Shown piece by piece: positions 53,159-63,704 of a stretch of DNA of 64,000 bases. Made by a program: the position numbers and the translations under genes. Origin of the DNA: Barthelona sp. PAP020 (lineage: Eukaryota); the NCBI GenBank assembly GCA_040182905.1, contig JARQWU010000011.1, positions 1-64,000 of the forward strand. Reading direction: 5' to 3'. Within the stretch, counting starts at the first letter, position 1; every line of letters starts with the position of its first letter. Under the pieces are notes generated by a model. That model searched no databases, was not told where the DNA came from, and worked only from the letters and a program-made list of their open reading frames with translations.

Positions 53159-55393
53159 TCAACCCTTCAATGTTCTTGTTTTATTCAATTGAGTGACATA
53201 AGGGTTTCTGGCAATTTCTCTTAAAGCCAAAAGTTCTTTTTCGTGGCGAATTTTATCTGCTTTTTGAGTCTGAAGAGTTTTAATTAATTGCTTTTCTTCT
53301 TCAGCAACATTCCTAGAAATTGCTAAGGCATCATAATAATTAGCATCTGCAATTTTCTTTTCTTCAGAAACACTTCTTTGATTAAACTCCCGTAAAGATT
53401 GCATTTTTCTCTGTAATCTTTGCTTTGAATGTTCTTCCTTTAATAAATTAGCTTGTTTCTGTTTAATTTCATTCATCTTTGAACGATGTAGATCATCAAA
53501 ATGCTTTTGAATTTGTAAATCATGGTTTGCTTCCATTATCAACTGAGCATCTTCAATATTCTTTGATTTTTGAACTGTTTCTTCAATTTCCTTTTGGTTT
53601 AATTCTCTTTTCTTCTTCAATTTTGAATCTATTTTTAAAACCCTTTGTTCTCGCTCTATCTTTATCTGTCTTTCTAATTCAATAGCTTTTTGTTTTTTGT
53701 TATCTTGCTTTTCAACTCGATTTGTTTTCAATTTATTTCTGTGTTTAGCAATCTTCTCCAACTTACTAGAGACATAATTCTCCTTTCGAACTCTGTCAGA
53801 TTGAATTTGAGATCTTTTTGCAGTTTCTTCCTCTTTTAACTTTTTTTTGGAAATCATCAACTGCCTTTCAAGCTCTGCAAGACTCATTTCATCCAATAAC
53901 CCATTGTTTGCTACATAATTTCGGTCAAATTTATCTTTTTGTTGTTGTTCCTGTTGTATTTTACGTCTTTGTTCATCAACTTTTTTCAATTCAATGATTA
54001 TGTCTCGTTTCCTTTCAACTTCAGTTTCTCTTATAGTTTTATGCAATACCAATGCATCCTTACTGTCTTTACGCATTGACTTAACAACATCACGCTTATG
54101 AACACGATTTTGAATTACAGCCTTCTCTCTTTTCTGTCTATTACCAACACGTTGTCTATCATTTTTAACTTGCTGTTCTTCAATTGCTTTCATTTGACTG
54201 CTTTTTAAATTGTCTAATTTTTTCATCAATTCTGCACGTTGCTCAACCGTAGCTTGTAACTTGCCCTCAATTTCTTTCTTCTTTGACTTTATTGCTCGGG
54301 ATCTGGAGGCTTTCATCTCCATTCGTAAATTCTCAACTCTTTCTATTTCCTTCTGTTCATCTTGTCGCTCCATTTCTGCTTTCCAATTTTGAAACTCCTG
54401 ATCATCCATATTTGTAATTGCAAGCTCCTCCAATTCTCTTCTTTCCATCTCTTCTTGTTTTTCAATGAGAGCAACCTCCTTATAAATTGCTGCAAGATTT
54501 AAACGAACATCTACATCATCAAAAACTGGTGCAGGTTTGGCTTTAAAATGCATCGCAACTTCTTCATCTTCTGTATGTTCATCTGCTGAATTTTGAGATC
54601 TCTTTGATTTTCTCTCCAGTGTTCTCAAACGTGGCATACTTGCCTCGTCAAAAAGTTTAGATGCTTCTATTGAATTCAGCTCCTTTTGTCTTGCTATTTT
54701 TTCTTCTATAGTAGAATCTGCTTCATATGTGGTCAATGGTACAGGTTTTGATGAAAAAGTAGTCTCTAAAATAACCTGTGGTGGTTCAAAGACACGAGGA
54801 GCTGGCTTTGTTAAATTGAACTGTTCAATTTTTGTTGGAGATTTATTGGACTTTGTGACCGCCATTGCATCTCCTAAAGTTCTAACTCTATTTCTTAAAG
54901 CTGTTAATTCAGGCTCTAATAAAACAGACCATTCTTCTAATTGAGGAATTAACACCTCATCAACATATGTTGAATCATAAACACGATAAAATTCATTGCT
55001 CAACGTTGTTTTTATTGTATTTTCCATAAAAAAGAAATCAAAAAATCCTGAAACTTTCAAAGGATTTTGAGATTTGTACAATTGTCTGAAACCTTGTAAT
55101 TTCAAGTCATTCAACCGAAAAATGATCAAATAACAAAATACATTATACATTTGTAAATCTCCTCTCAATGCTGTGTTATTCAAATGATAAAATTCTTCCA
55201 CAATATTTGTTAAAATTCTTTTTTTGTCAATGCACCCACAAAAAACTTCATCTATGAACGTTATTGTTATGGAGTCATGAAGGTTATACTTTTCTAAAAA
55301 CTGTTCTAAATGTGCATCAGGAGTAAATCGCTTTGAATCATACGTAGATAAAATTTCACAACAATAATCCATTAATTGACTTGAATTGTTCAT
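53159..55393 (-). CDS. CFAP99: Cilia- and flagella-associated protein 99-like
   Basis: N-terminal C..IL..Y......D.H...FIDEVF.GC, YLIIFRL..L, FNLTKP.PR, VRLN.AAI.KE, F..WK.EM, GLLDEMSLAEL and long coiled coil. Confidence 0.8.
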   Translation of the reverse strand: MNNSSQLMDYCCEILSTYDSKRFTPDAHLEQFLEKYNLHDSITITFIDEVFCGCIDKKRILTNIVEEFYHLNNTALRGDLQMYNVFCYLIIFRLNDLKLQGFRQLYKSQNPLKVSGFFDFFFMENTIKTTLSNEFYRVYDSTYVDEVLIPQLEEWSVLLEPELTALRNRVRTLGDAMAVTKSNKSPTKIEQFNLTKPAPRVFEPPQVILETTFSSKPVPLTTYEADSTIEEKIARQKELNSIEASKLFDEASMPRLRTLERKSKRSQNSADEHTEDEEVAMHFKAKPAPVFDDVDVRLNLAAIYKEVALIEKQEEMERRELEELAITNMDDQEFQNWKAEMERQDEQKEIERVENLRMEMKASRSRAIKSKKKEIEGKLQATVEQRAELMKKLDNLKSSQMKAIEEQQVKNDRQRVGNRQKREKAVIQNRVHKRDVVKSMRKDSKDALVLHKTIRETEVERKRDIIIELKKVDEQRRKIQQEQQQKDKFDRNYVANNGLLDEMSLAELERQLMISKKKLKEEETAKRSQIQSDRVRKENYVSSKLEKIAKHRNKLKTNRVEKQDNKKQKAIELERQIKIEREQRVLKIDSKLKKKRELNQKEIEETVQKSKNIEDAQLIMEANHDLQIQKHFDDLHRSKMNEIKQKQANLLKEEHSKQRLQRKMQSLREFNQRSVSEEKKIADANYYDALAISRNVAEEEKQLIKTLQTQKADKIRHEKELLALREIARNPYVTQLNKTRTLKG

Positions 55394-55495
55394 TTTTTTT
55401 AATAAATATCAATTAATATCCTTCTTACAAGAACAAAAAATTGGAATTCATTTTGAACCAAAAAATTTTTTTTTGTCTCTTTAAATGTTATTTCC

Positions 55496-55969
55496 ATGTT
55501 ACATCGAATAGAAATATTCCATTCTCAGACAGGTTGTTCTTTATTAACAAAATCTTTCAAATGGTCTGGAACATCACAATCCATTTCAAAATTGGTTTTA
55601 GTTTTCTTTCAATTGGCCCAAGAATTACACAATGCAACGAATGAAGATTTATCTGCCGATTTATTATCAGGAGTTACATTTCAAAATGAAAATGGCTCCA
55701 CAAAATTACATATGATTTCGGAAAGTATGTCTTGTGTGTCAATTGCCTTATTTTTTTCGAAGGAAAAAGAAAATTATCAAAATTTATCGGATAAATGTAA
55801 ATTTGTGTTGCAAACTTTTCTTGATAGTTTTGAAAAAATTATTGAACAGATTGACGACGAACTTCAAAGTGTTAGTGTTGATCATGCTGAAGATATTGTT
55901 GCTGTTCAAGAACAAAGAAGTATTTTTCAAAGTTTTTTACCTAAATTGTGTGAAATTTTTGAAAAATGA
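55496..55969 (+). CDS. Hypothetical protein (possible longin-like fold)
   Basis: 157-aa ORF; N-terminal IEIFH..TG.SLL pattern resembles longin beta1-beta2. Confidence 0.55.
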   Translation: MLHRIEIFHSQTGCSLLTKSFKWSGTSQSISKLVLVFFQLAQELHNATNEDLSADLLSGVTFQNENGSTKLHMISESMSCVSIALFFSKEKENYQNLSDKCKFVLQTFLDSFEKIIEQIDDELQSVSVDHAEDIVAVQEQRSIFQSFLPKLCEIFEK

Positions 55970-56199
55970 GGTATAAACTTTTTCTTTCTTTTTTTGCGTA
56001 TATTTGTGTCAAACGGAATGGATTTCACTCAAAACTAGCCAGTTTTAAAAACTCACAAACCCTAAGAAAGAGCAAAAAATGTAAACAATATTCATTTTCA
56101 ATTTTGTCTATCACAGAAGGTAATTCACAAGAAGACAAAACTGGGAATGTTGTTACGCATTTGTGTATGTCAGCTCATATCTTACATCATGCCTGTTAA

Positions 56200-57125
56200 G
56201 TTTCTGTGCTGTCGTAGCAAAGCAGACGGATTTCACCAGAAAGACAAAATAAACATTGTTTGTGGTTTATTCTTGCACATCTGATTGTCAAATAAAACCA
56301 AAGATAAAATAGATAACTTTGCGAGTAAACCAAAATGGAGATTATTTTGGTGATAATTTGTCAAACATCGTCATGAGGATTAAAATAACAGTTATAAAAT
56401 TGTTAGTAAAGCTTTATGTGTAAAGATATTAGGATGTAATCTGTATAGCTCAGATTACAAGAAAGAAAGAACGGGAGACCTTTTGATTGTTAAGTCAGGC
56501 CAAATAATAATGTTTACAGACACATTCAATATTAAATTTTAACAAATTCGCCCTGAGATGACTGATTTCTTTTTTGGGGAGAGTTTTGAACCAATAAACG
56601 TACAACAGACCAGTGATAAGTAACCTAATTCACCATAAACAAGTAAAGGCTATTGTTTTTGCTTTGTGTTTATTCTTTTGTCTATTGAATTCCTAATTTC
56701 CTAATTCTCAAGGTTGCATTGAAAACAACTAAAGTGATCTGTCATTTCTTTTAATCATCTCCATGTTTGTAGCAAAAGCGGACAGATTTCACGTAAAAGA
56801 CCATATAAATATGTTTAAGGTTTCTTCTTGCAATTTCTGATATTAATAGATATCAAAATTGAAAGTGAAATCACAACAAAGAATCAAATGATTCAGGGTA
56901 ATAAGGATGCAAGTGTGCATAGCAGGTTAACAAGGAATTACAAGGTTTCATCAAGGAAACCCAGAGAAGAACAAAGAAGGGAAAAGATTATTAAACTTTT
57001 ATTTAGATAATCGCCCCATCCACACCTAAAGTATTTCTTTTTTTTTTTAAGAGTGTTCTGAACCATCCACGCAAAACGACTCAGTTGCAAGTACCCCCAA
57101 ACTCTAACCGAGAACAATAAAGATC
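56200..57125. repeat. Diverged tandem duplication (two units, ~470-555 bp period)
   Basis: GTAGCAAAGCAGACGGATTTCACC..AAAGAC (56214) vs GTAGCAAAAGCGGACAGATTTCACG.AAAAGAC (56769); GAGTTTTGAACC (56581) vs GAGTGTTCTGAACC (57051). Confidence 0.7.
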
Positions 57126-57341
57126 TTTATAAACAATTATTATTATTGTCGTGTGAATTGTATTTTTGAATTTGGGATGTTTTGGAAGAACGTGTTGCTT
57201 GGAAGAAAAATGATCTTGACACAACTTAATGAAGCTTTTTTTACCATAAGTTCTTTCAAGTCAGTCAAGCACAATATATCATTGAACTAGAATATAAATT
57301 TTGAAGGGGATAAGAAAAAGGAATAATTTATTTTTGTTTGA

Positions 57342-58196
57342 TCACTGGTTTTGCTTTTGAGCGAAAACATTATCTGGATTAAAACAAGGCCCATGACCAG
57401 GACATACCAAGAGATTGGGTACTGCACCAAAAAAACGATTCAATTTTGATAAAGAATTTTGCAAAGTCATTTTATCTCCACCAGGAAGATCATGACGTCC
57501 TGGACCTCTGGACATGATCGTATCCCCAGTAAATATTATAGACATCTCTTTTCCTGGATAAAAAAAGCAAACACCACCCATGGAATGCCCTGGTGTGTAT
57601 AAAATTATCATGTCTTGATTCCCAAATGAAAATCGATCAGCAAAAACTTCAGGATTAAAAAATAGTGCTTCAGGCAATTCAAAATATCTATTTCTAAGTT
57701 TTACATAAGTTTTAGCAATTTTCATTGAAAATGCAGCCAAAAACAAAACAATCATCATAATAACGAACGCAACAAATCGCAATATCGGTATATTTCTCCA
57801 AATTCCAAATAACATAAGAATGATTCCCAAATAATTGAAATATTTGCTGAAAATATCTATGCCAAAATATACAAATTGATAAGATGCACTATTATATAAT
57901 ACAGAATCATATGGGTGATGAATTACTTGTAATTCAGGAAAATCATTACATAAATCATGAATGCTACCCATGTGATCAAAATGTGCATGAGTTAATAAAA
58001 TAGTTTGGGGTTTCATATCATATTCATATATCAATTGTTCAATTTCATATGTATATTTAGGACCAGGATCAATAATTTGACAGTTTTTGGAGATTGGATC
58101 AAAAACAACAGCAGTTCTACTCTGAATATTCATTGCTACCGAATTACTGACAAATATCTTTAAATTATCGATTTGATAATCTGTAAATATACTCAT
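57342..58196 (-). CDS. Metallo-beta-lactamase-fold hydrolase (glyoxalase II/YcbL-like) with inserted TM hairpin
   Basis: IIDPG, LLTHAHFDHMG, TPGHSMGG, FTGDT, GRHDLPGGD, VCPGHGP; hydrophobic insert at aa ~115-158. Confidence 0.9.
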   Translation of the reverse strand: MSIFTDYQIDNLKIFVSNSVAMNIQSRTAVVFDPISKNCQIIDPGPKYTYEIEQLIYEYDMKPQTILLTHAHFDHMGSIHDLCNDFPELQVIHHPYDSVLYNSASYQFVYFGIDIFSKYFNYLGIILMLFGIWRNIPILRFVAFVIMMIVLFLAAFSMKIAKTYVKLRNRYFELPEALFFNPEVFADRFSFGNQDMIILYTPGHSMGGVCFFYPGKEMSIIFTGDTIMSRGPGRHDLPGGDKMTLQNSLSKLNRFFGAVPNLLVCPGHGPCFNPDNVFAQKQNQ

Positions 58197-58382
58197 TATA
58201 AATATTTAAAAAAGAAAAAAAGATTAAAAATCCCAAAAAGGGGAATGTGAACGAAGAGATTCACCAATTTCCCTTTTGCTCGAGATAAACTTTAGTGATT
58301 GAAAGATAGTTATTTTTTCATTGTATTTATGGTGTTTAATTTCATGGTTTGATTATTAAAGCAAAAGTTTATTTTATCATTT

Positions 58383-60122
58383 ATGGCTCAAAGATTGACT
58401 CTATCAGCCATCGAAAATAGATTTAAACAAGCTTATGACGATACACCTCCAATGTTTCCAGGAGAATCTGTTATTTTTCGCACCCATAATGTTACTTTGA
58501 TTTTTGAATCGGGAATTATTCAGATTCGTGGAACATTAATAATAACAAATATTAGATTATTCTTTATGGCATATGAAAATTCCAATCGTTCACCAAAACC
58601 TGTTGATCGTGTTAAATTGACTTTGCCTTTCACTACAATAAAACGTTTATCGACATATAGTAATATTAAAAATAATAATGACCAGTTTTATTTGCAAATA
58701 ATCGGAAAAGATTTTTCTTTTTATTCTTTTTGTTTTCCAAAGCATCAAAGTGCAAGAGATAATATATACTCAAAGTTGTTAAGTTTAACACAATCAGTAT
58801 CTATTATACTCCCTTGTATTTTGATTGGACCTGGTGATGTATCTCTCGGTGGTGGTTATGCACTTCATGATTCTTTGTGCGACTATGAACGAACTGGTTT
58901 ATTAAAGCATTTTAGATTGTGTGATAATTTAGATTTTCGCCTTTCACCAACATATCCTTCCCAATTTGTTGTTCCTAGTTCCTTTAGTGATACTGCTCTG
59001 TATCAAGTAGCAAATTTCAGATCTACGAAACGTATTCCTGCAGCTGTATGGCGACATCCTAATGGTGCTTCTCTTTGGAGATGTTCACAACCAAATGCTG
59101 GTCTCTTTCAAGCTTCACAATTGGATGAAAACTATTTTTACTCCATACAACAAACAGGCCTATCTTCAAAAGCCTTATTTATTTTAGATTGTCGTCCTAA
59201 AGCATATGCAATGGCTAATTCTTTAAAGGGCAAAGGTTATGAAGGAAGTTCTTATCGTAATTGTCAGGTTTGGTTTGCTGGAATAGGCAACATTCATGAT
59301 GTAACTTGTTCTTGGGAAAGAATGCATGAGGCCTTTTTCCCACCTATGGTCAATACACAGCCTCAAGATATGGGAAATCTTGGTGATTCAGATTCTCGTG
59401 TCCAACCCATATTAGCCCCATTTGATCTCACACAATTATCTGTAAACGAAAATTTTTTGGTTGCTGTCCAAGCTTCTGGATGGTTAAAACATGTGCAATT
59501 GATATTGTCAGCCAGCAGGATTGGTGGTCATCTTCTTCATCAAGGACATTCTGTAGTTGTTCATTGTTCTGATGGTTGGGACCGGACCTCTCAAGTTTCT
59601 GCATTAATTCAATTGTTGGTTGATCCCTTTTATCGAACTATTAGAGGGTTTGCTATGCTGTTAGAAAGAGAATGGGTCTCATTTGGACATAAATTCATGA
59701 CAAGATCTGGTACTGTTCTTCCAATTGATGGAAAATTTGTTAATTTACCAGCAAAACAAGCGTCGCCTATATTTCCTTTGTTTATGGATTGTGTTTTTCA
59801 ACTTATTCATCAATTTCCCTCAGCTTTTGAATTCAATAACACATTTATAATGGACATATTGGAAAAAGGCTATTTTTATCATTACTCAGGAACATTTTTG
59901 TATGATAATGATCAGGAAAGATTTAATGAAGGTGTTTATATGACTACATCTTCATTGTGGTCTATTTTGAATTTAGAAAATTACAAATATTTAAATTTAT
60001 TGTATGTACCAACAAAAAAAATGTTACAAGTTGCGTTAAACACAAGAAATTTTACCATCTGGACTGATTTTTATGGTAGAATTTTAGAAAGAAAAAAACA
60101 TGCTGGAAAATTGAGTTTGTGA
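58383..60122 (+). CDS. Myotubularin phosphoinositide 3-phosphatase (active)
   Basis: PH-GRAM N-terminus, LSPTYP, FRST.RIP, RCSQP, HCSDGWDRTSQ, REWVSFGHKF, SPIF..F.DCV.QL..QFPSAFEF. Confidence 0.95.
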   Translation: MAQRLTLSAIENRFKQAYDDTPPMFPGESVIFRTHNVTLIFESGIIQIRGTLIITNIRLFFMAYENSNRSPKPVDRVKLTLPFTTIKRLSTYSNIKNNNDQFYLQIIGKDFSFYSFCFPKHQSARDNIYSKLLSLTQSVSIILPCILIGPGDVSLGGGYALHDSLCDYERTGLLKHFRLCDNLDFRLSPTYPSQFVVPSSFSDTALYQVANFRSTKRIPAAVWRHPNGASLWRCSQPNAGLFQASQLDENYFYSIQQTGLSSKALFILDCRPKAYAMANSLKGKGYEGSSYRNCQVWFAGIGNIHDVTCSWERMHEAFFPPMVNTQPQDMGNLGDSDSRVQPILAPFDLTQLSVNENFLVAVQASGWLKHVQLILSASRIGGHLLHQGHSVVVHCSDGWDRTSQVSALIQLLVDPFYRTIRGFAMLLEREWVSFGHKFMTRSGTVLPIDGKFVNLPAKQASPIFPLFMDCVFQLIHQFPSAFEFNNTFIMDILEKGYFYHYSGTFLYDNDQERFNEGVYMTTSSLWSILNLENYKYLNLLYVPTKKMLQVALNTRNFTIWTDFYGRILERKKHAGKLSL

Positions 60123-60654
60123 TATTATATTTGTGTTAATCTTTGTAAATACCATTTTTCTTTTAAAACATAAAAGAAAGCATTTCATTTTTTCTTTTTT
60201 TTTCAATAATTTCTTCTTTATTCTTGTCATTTTTCAGAGCAACAATAATTTATAACAAATTCTATATCATTTCCAAACATGATTGAACCAAAAAATTGGA
60301 ATAAAACACTTTACTTTGTTCAAAACAGACAAATCAAAAGGGATCTTGAAGATAATTTATCAAGAGTTTGGTTGGTTTATGATTAAGTAATCACCTCAAT
60401 CTTTTGTATGTGGGTGAAATAGGGTTATGAAAGAAGGTAATCTAATGATTGAGCAACAAAATGTCCAATGTGATTAAAATTTTATTCTTTTCTTTCTTGT
60501 TTTCTTCTTTGTTTACAAATCATAATTATTTAGGAAACATTATATTGTAATGAAATAATAAGTAAAAACAATAAAAAGATAACAATTAAAATATTTACAA
60601 AAAGAAATGAAAAGAAACTCATCAATTATCTTTTAATTCATTTGGAATTTTACA

Positions 60655-63147
60655 ATGCTTGATATTGAAGAATTATACACACCAGAACCTTACAAAATTT
60701 TGACTGATGGTCAATTGAAAAATGAAATCCAAAAATGTTTGGGTTGTGACAATAAAGGTTGTCAAAGAGGTTGTCCCGTTGGTTGTTCACCTGCAGATTT
60801 TATTCATGCGGTCAGACAACAACGTCCCCAAGACTTTATTCGTGCAGCCAAATTGATTCTTAATAAGAATCCTATGGGAGGACTTTGTGGTGCTGTTTGT
60901 CCTGATACATTTTGTCAAGCCAAATGTAATCGTAGAAATATTGATGATCCAATTCAAATTCCTCAAATTCAAGCCACCATTGTTGCCAAAGCTCGTGAAT
61001 TTGGTTTGGATTCTCAAACTTGTTTTGTTTCTACTCCTATCACTGATAAGCGTGTTGCCGTTATTGGTGGTGGTCCTGCAGGTATTGCTGCAGGTGTCGC
61101 CATTGCCCAACATGGTATTCAAACTGTTTTATTTGAAAAACATGAGGAATTGGGTGGTGCTGTTAGATATATTCCCGAACATCGTCTTCCTAAAGATTTA
61201 TTGGACAAGGATATTGCATGTTTAGTTTCTCATCCCTTGTTAGAAGTTAAGACTGGCGTTGAAATTCAAGATCCAACTTTACTCTTGGAAGAATTTTCAG
61301 CTGTTGTTGTCACTGTTGGACTTAATAAGGATAAAACTTCTGATGTTCCTGGTGCTATTGAATCATTGAAATTTTTGTCCCAAGAATTCAATAATATGTC
61401 TGGAAAATCTATCACCATCATTGGTGGTGGTGCAGTCGCTGTTGATTGTGCTTCAAAAGCCAGACGCTTAGTTGGACCTAAGGGTTTAGTTAGCATTGCA
61501 TATCGTCGTTCTCAATTGGATATGCCTCTTACCAAACACGAAAGACAAGATATGATGATTCATGGTATTGATATTATTACTCGAGTTCTTCCTGTTGGTT
61601 ATGAAGAAGGAGAATTAATGCTTCAACGTGTTTTATATCCTCCTCGTGGCGTTAAAGGCGATGTTGTCTTTACAAATGCTACAATGGCTGTTCATTCTGA
61701 TTTGGTTGTTTCTGCAATTGGACATGATTCCAATTTAAAGGTTAGCAGCAATGCTGATAATCTTTATTTTGCTGGTGATTATGTTTCTGGTGCATCTACT
61801 GCTGTTCAAGCTGTTGCTTCTGCAAAGAAAACCGTTTCTCATGTTGTTGCTAATCTTTTGAATCAAAAAGTTGTAGCTCATGGAGATAGGGCCAATTTTA
61901 ACTTCTTTGATTTGACTCCTGTTCCTCTTAACAGTACTTTCTTTGGAAAACCAATGATTAATCCTTTTATGGTTTCTGCTTCACCTCTTACTGATGGTTT
62001 AGAAGAATGTCGTAGCTGTTTGAATGCTGGTTGGGGTGGTGTTGTTATGAAAACTGCTTTTGATGGTGAGCATATTCATATTCCAAGTGATTATATGGGT
62101 CTTATGGACGAAAACACTTATTCCAATTGTGATAATGTTTCAGGTCATCCTTTATCTAGAGTTATTGAAGAAGTTGCCATTCTTAAGAGAGAATATCCCG
62201 ATCGTATTATTATGGCTTCAACTGGTGGTCCTTTGACTGGCACTGATGAGCATAATCGTGCAGGATGGCAGAAGAATGTTGCTATTCTTCAAAATGCCGG
62301 TGTTGATGCTGTAGAATTATCTTTAAGTTGTCCTTCTGGTGGTGAAGGTGGTGAAGGAGAAATCGCTTCTCAGAGCGCTGCATTGACTGCCAAAATTGTT
62401 GATTGGGTTTTGGAAGGTTCTGATGGTGTTTCTCCTATCTTATTCAAATTGACTGGTGCTGTGACTTCTATCGAGAAAATTGCTAGCGCTTGCAAGTCTG
62501 CATTTGAAAAACACCCCACTAAACCCGCTGGTATCACTCTTGCAAATAGTTTCCCTGCTGCTCAATTTGTTGAATTTAATCGCAACAAAAAGACTGGCCA
62601 TTATCAAGGACGTACTGTTGGTCTTCATGGTCAAGGAGTTGTTCATATTTCTTATAAATCTTTGGCCAACGCTTGTCAATATGGTCTTGAAACTTCTGGT
62701 AATGGTGGAGTCATGAATTATTTCCATGCTGCTAACTTCCTTGCTTTGGGGGTTAATTCAGTTCAATGTTGTACATTGCCCACAAAGGAAGGTGTTGAAG
62801 TTATTGATGATCTTTGTTATGGTCTTTCACATTGGTTGGCAATGGAAGGTTTGAATTCCGTTGATGAATTAAAAGGCAGAGCTGTTGAAGAACCCTTAAC
62901 TGGTTTCCTTGATCTTAGTCCCGTCAAACGTATTTCTGAACATGATATGAGCCTTTGTGTTGAATGTGGAAATTGTAAGCGTTGCCCTTACATGGCAATT
63001 GATTTGAGAGTCATTGATGGAAAATATACTTTGGAGACTGATGCTTCCAAATGTATCGGTTGTTCCATTTGCGTTTTGAAATGTCCTGCTGATGCCATGT
63101 ATATGCGTGATAGAACCCCAGAGGAGTTAGAAGTTTGTCCTGAATAA
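60655..63147 (+). CDS. Dihydropyrimidine dehydrogenase-like flavo-iron-sulfur protein (fused PreT/GltD + PreA/DHODH + 2[4Fe-4S])
   Basis: CLGC....C...CP, CGAVCP...C..KC, GGGPAG, GGGAVA..YRR, AGD, VMKT, ELSLSCP, GNGG, CVECGNCKRCP, CIGCSICVLKCP. Confidence 0.88.
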   Translation: MLDIEELYTPEPYKILTDGQLKNEIQKCLGCDNKGCQRGCPVGCSPADFIHAVRQQRPQDFIRAAKLILNKNPMGGLCGAVCPDTFCQAKCNRRNIDDPIQIPQIQATIVAKAREFGLDSQTCFVSTPITDKRVAVIGGGPAGIAAGVAIAQHGIQTVLFEKHEELGGAVRYIPEHRLPKDLLDKDIACLVSHPLLEVKTGVEIQDPTLLLEEFSAVVVTVGLNKDKTSDVPGAIESLKFLSQEFNNMSGKSITIIGGGAVAVDCASKARRLVGPKGLVSIAYRRSQLDMPLTKHERQDMMIHGIDIITRVLPVGYEEGELMLQRVLYPPRGVKGDVVFTNATMAVHSDLVVSAIGHDSNLKVSSNADNLYFAGDYVSGASTAVQAVASAKKTVSHVVANLLNQKVVAHGDRANFNFFDLTPVPLNSTFFGKPMINPFMVSASPLTDGLEECRSCLNAGWGGVVMKTAFDGEHIHIPSDYMGLMDENTYSNCDNVSGHPLSRVIEEVAILKREYPDRIIMASTGGPLTGTDEHNRAGWQKNVAILQNAGVDAVELSLSCPSGGEGGEGEIASQSAALTAKIVDWVLEGSDGVSPILFKLTGAVTSIEKIASACKSAFEKHPTKPAGITLANSFPAAQFVEFNRNKKTGHYQGRTVGLHGQGVVHISYKSLANACQYGLETSGNGGVMNYFHAANFLALGVNSVQCCTLPTKEGVEVIDDLCYGLSHWLAMEGLNSVDELKGRAVEEPLTGFLDLSPVKRISEHDMSLCVECGNCKRCPYMAIDLRVIDGKYTLETDASKCIGCSICVLKCPADAMYMRDRTPEELEVCPE

Positions 63148-63543
63148 TTTGGATTTTTGATAAACGTTATTATGATTTGTTTCTTTTTTTAATAAAATTT
63201 TGTCTATTTTCAGAAAGGACAGGAGTGGAAAAGTTGAAATGATATTTTCTAAAATAAAAGGCACAGAAAATTGTTTGTTTATCAGTTACACAGACTTGAA
63301 TGTCTTTTTACCATTTGGTAGATTTTTCCTTTTCAAAATTTGACAAGTTATCAAACAAATAAATTTATTTCAAAGAAGGAGAGGAGAAAGAATGAATTTT
63401 TGAGAAGTTTTATAAAAACTCACAAGAGATGAAAGTATACAATTCAATGCTGACCATCAAGTTTGAAAAATTGAAAGAAAATTAACAAACATTGTTTTTT
63501 CCGTTATAATTTTTTAGGTTTTAACTCTTATTTTGAACAAGTC

Positions 63544-63700
63544 ATTTCCAGGACAAGAAACATTGTGAATAAGAAAGAATAGTTTTTATTTGGCTGAAAG
63601 CTTTTGATTCTTATTGATCTTTGGAAACAATCAATTTTCCAAAAGTGAAAGAAACTTTAAAATTTTGTTTTTTCCACATACAAAAGAAAGGCACAAAAAT
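63544..63700 (+). repeat. Repeat family 2, older 5'-part copy
   Basis: ATTTCCAGGACAAGAAACATTGTG..GAATAGTTTTTATTTGGCTGAAAGCTTTTGA...AAACTTTAAAATTTTG; directly followed by the next copy. Confidence 0.75.
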
Positions 63701-63704
63701 AATT

